Assembly (NCBI GenBank): GCA_964544725.1
Contig: CAZJDG010000018.1
Location: 1 to 14,537 of the forward strand
Length of the DNA: 14,537 nt
Source: Candidatus Woesearchaeota archaeon
GTDB lineage: Archaea > Nanobdellota > Nanobdellia > Pacearchaeales > GW2011-AR1
Reading direction: 5' to 3'
The notes under the pieces are model-generated. The model was not told the origin of the DNA and ran no database searches. It saw only the letters and a list, made by a program, of their open reading frames with translations. Positions 13,443-14,537 of the stretch are shown here, piece by piece (within the stretch, counting starts at the first letter, position 1; each line of letters opens with the position of its first letter). A program made the position numbers and the translations under genes.

Positions 13443-14032
13443 TCTTTTTTTAGCCGATAAATCCAGCCAATAACAAACCCTAAAGTATTAAATCCTGGAT
13501 TCCCAGAATTATTCGCATGCATAGTTCTATAATATAACGAATTCCATATCTTTTTCCCCATAGAAATATGGTCCAAATCCACAGCAAAAGTTAATGCTGA
13601 GTTCTCAGAAAGTTTATATTCAAGTCCTACACCAGCATTAAGGTTAAAATTTAATTTGTATTTATGTTCTTCAAAATTCCTAGCCATGTAAATAGCGCCC
13701 ATTCCTAAATAAAAGTAAGGACTTATTTCCTTTTTCTCAAAAATTTTCTTAAGCTTAAAATCAATACCAGCATCATAGTCTCCTTGAAACTCTCCTAAAA
13801 AAGGAGCTACTTTAAATTTATTAAAACCCCACAAATCATAATCAAATTCAAAACCTAAACTAATTCTAAGAGGATCATATTTTTCATCAGTCCCATTGAG
13901 AACCTGAGTATTTTGATGATATCCCAAAGAAGGATGAATTCGATAATATTCATTTTTCCCTAGTGCAGAGGAACTTAAGACAGTTGTTACAAAAAAAGTA
14001 GAGAGAATTAAATCCTTTAATATTTTCTTCAT
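13439..14032 (-). CDS. PagL / acyloxyacyl hydrolase-like 8-stranded beta-barrel protein with Sec signal peptide
   Basis: 197 aa. Signal peptide MKKILKDLILSTFFVTTVLSSSALG. Alternating beta-barrel pattern. LNFNLNAGVGLEYKLSENSALTFAVDLDHISMG...NPGFNTLGFVIGWIY aligns by eye with the P. aeruginosa PagL C-terminus LNFEDRIGAGLKFANGQSVGVRAIHYSNAG..PNDGIESYSLFYKI (recalled from memory). The His-x-Ser motif is conserved at 13562-13570. Confidence 0.6.
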   Translation of the reverse strand: MKKILKDLILSTFFVTTVLSSSALGKNEYYRIHPSLGYHQNTQVLNGTDEKYDPLRISLGFEFDYDLWGFNKFKVAPFLGEFQGDYDAGIDFKLKKIFEKKEISPYFYLGMGAIYMARNFEEHKYKLNFNLNAGVGLEYKLSENSALTFAVDLDHISMGKKIWNSLYYRTMHANNSGNPGFNTLGFVIGWIYRLKKD

Positions 14033-14052
14033 AAAAAGCTCAGAAAGTTGTC

Positions 14053-14060
14053 TTTTAAAA
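14053..14060 (-). promoter_or_regulatory. TATA-like box (TTTTAAAA, palindromic) upstream of the PagL-like gene
   Basis: Centred about 24-25 nt upstream of the minus-strand ATG at 14032, inside the 34-nt gap after the GTPase stop. Confidence 0.35.
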
Positions 14061-14066
14061 GAATTA

Positions 14067-14537
14067 TTATACTATCCTTATTTTCCCTTCTTGCCAATCT
14101 TTTAGAATTTTTTTAGCAGTTCTTTCTTCATCAATTAAACTACCTTTTTTGAAATAATTCATCTTCTTCCCTAATTTTTGAATTAAACTGTCCGAGTCTC
14201 CATCCACTTTAAGTTTATAATAATCTTCCAATAATTCAGGATATTCTTCCATCAGTCTAGAAACAACCATGTCTGGATTTTTAGTTTTGTCCCAAGTAAC
14301 TGCTCCAATTTGAGAATGTTTCACTTGTTGTTCACTATCTCCAGAGGTTCTTTCTTTTGGAGGGATTATTCCTGGCGTATCAATTAAATACAATCCTTTA
14401 GAAAGTTTAATTTTTTGTATTCCTTTAGTATATCCTGCTTCTGAAGATGTTCTCGCGGAAGCTCTTCCAGTAAGAATATTTATGATGGAGCTTTTTCCAG
14501 TATTAGGGTACCCAATAACTCCCACACTAATGTCTTC
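14067..14537 (-). CDS. circularly permuted ribosome-biogenesis GTPase (YlqF/RbgA/YawG-like), 3' part; the 5' end lies beyond the window
   Basis: The reading frame is open to the window edge (EDISVGVIGYPNTGKSSIINILTGR...). The G1 motif is GYPNTGKS and the G3 motif is LIDTPGII, followed by a helical C-terminal domain. No G4 motif follows G3, consistent with a permuted order. Confidence 0.75.
   Translation of the reverse strand, partial: EDISVGVIGYPNTGKSSIINILTGRASARTSSEAGYTKGIQKIKLSKGLYLIDTPGIIPPKERTSGDSEQQVKHSQIGAVTWDKTKNPDMVVSRLMEEYPELLEDYYKLKVDGDSDSLIQKLGKKMNYFKKGSLIDEERTAKKILKDWQEGKIRIV

Noticed and set aside
1-14537. Possible stop-codon reassignment: none of the ~17 gene ends in the window uses TGA, and the wHTH remnant has in-frame TAA/TAG codons.
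   Set aside because: Long ORFs of up to 1147 aa computed with the standard code contain no in-frame TGA. All of them terminate cleanly at TAA or TAG at the expected protein ends. The TAA bias is explained by the low GC content, and the wHTH remnant also needs frameshifts, not just readthrough.

Overview
AT-rich (about 30% GC by eye) archaeal chromosomal window, gene-dense, with standard-code ORFs that all end in TAA or TAG. The right two-thirds is the core transcription cluster rpoH-rpoB-rpoA-nusA (6018-13442, + strand). Its largest subunit is one continuous 1147-aa ORF rather than the usual split A'/A'' pair, and no rpl30e or rps12/rps7 genes flank nusA. The left third (1-4187, + strand) is a co-directional deoxynucleotide-pool cluster. 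It holds the Cys-rich tail of a class II (B12-dependent) ribonucleotide reductase-like gene, a DCTPP1/MazG-like protein and a cob(I)alamin adenosyltransferase. A translationally coupled 91-aa membrane protein follows, then a 616-aa dCTP-deaminase-like::Nudix fusion, a thioredoxin and a tail-less Phd/YefM-fold protein. tRNA-Lys(UUU) at 4238-4311 follows, then a small accessory islet (4312-5897). The islet contains a membrane protein, an apparently frameshifted EF-hand lipoprotein gene, a surface-anchored secreted protein, a decayed wHTH remnant and a small ribbon-helix-helix protein. The right edge carries, on the minus strand, a PagL/acyloxyacyl-hydrolase-like 8-stranded beta-barrel protein, which is unexpected in an archaeon, and the 3' part of a circularly permuted ribosome-biogenesis GTPase. 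Many genes have a TTTATATA/TTTATAAA box centred about 25-27 nt upstream of the ATG, which suggests leaderless transcripts. The reduced, divergent proteins suggest a genome-reduced, possibly DPANN-like archaeon, but that is inference. The best candidate for something undescribed is the nucleotide-pool module built around the DCD::Nudix fusion. All homology calls were made by eye from motifs, with no database search.
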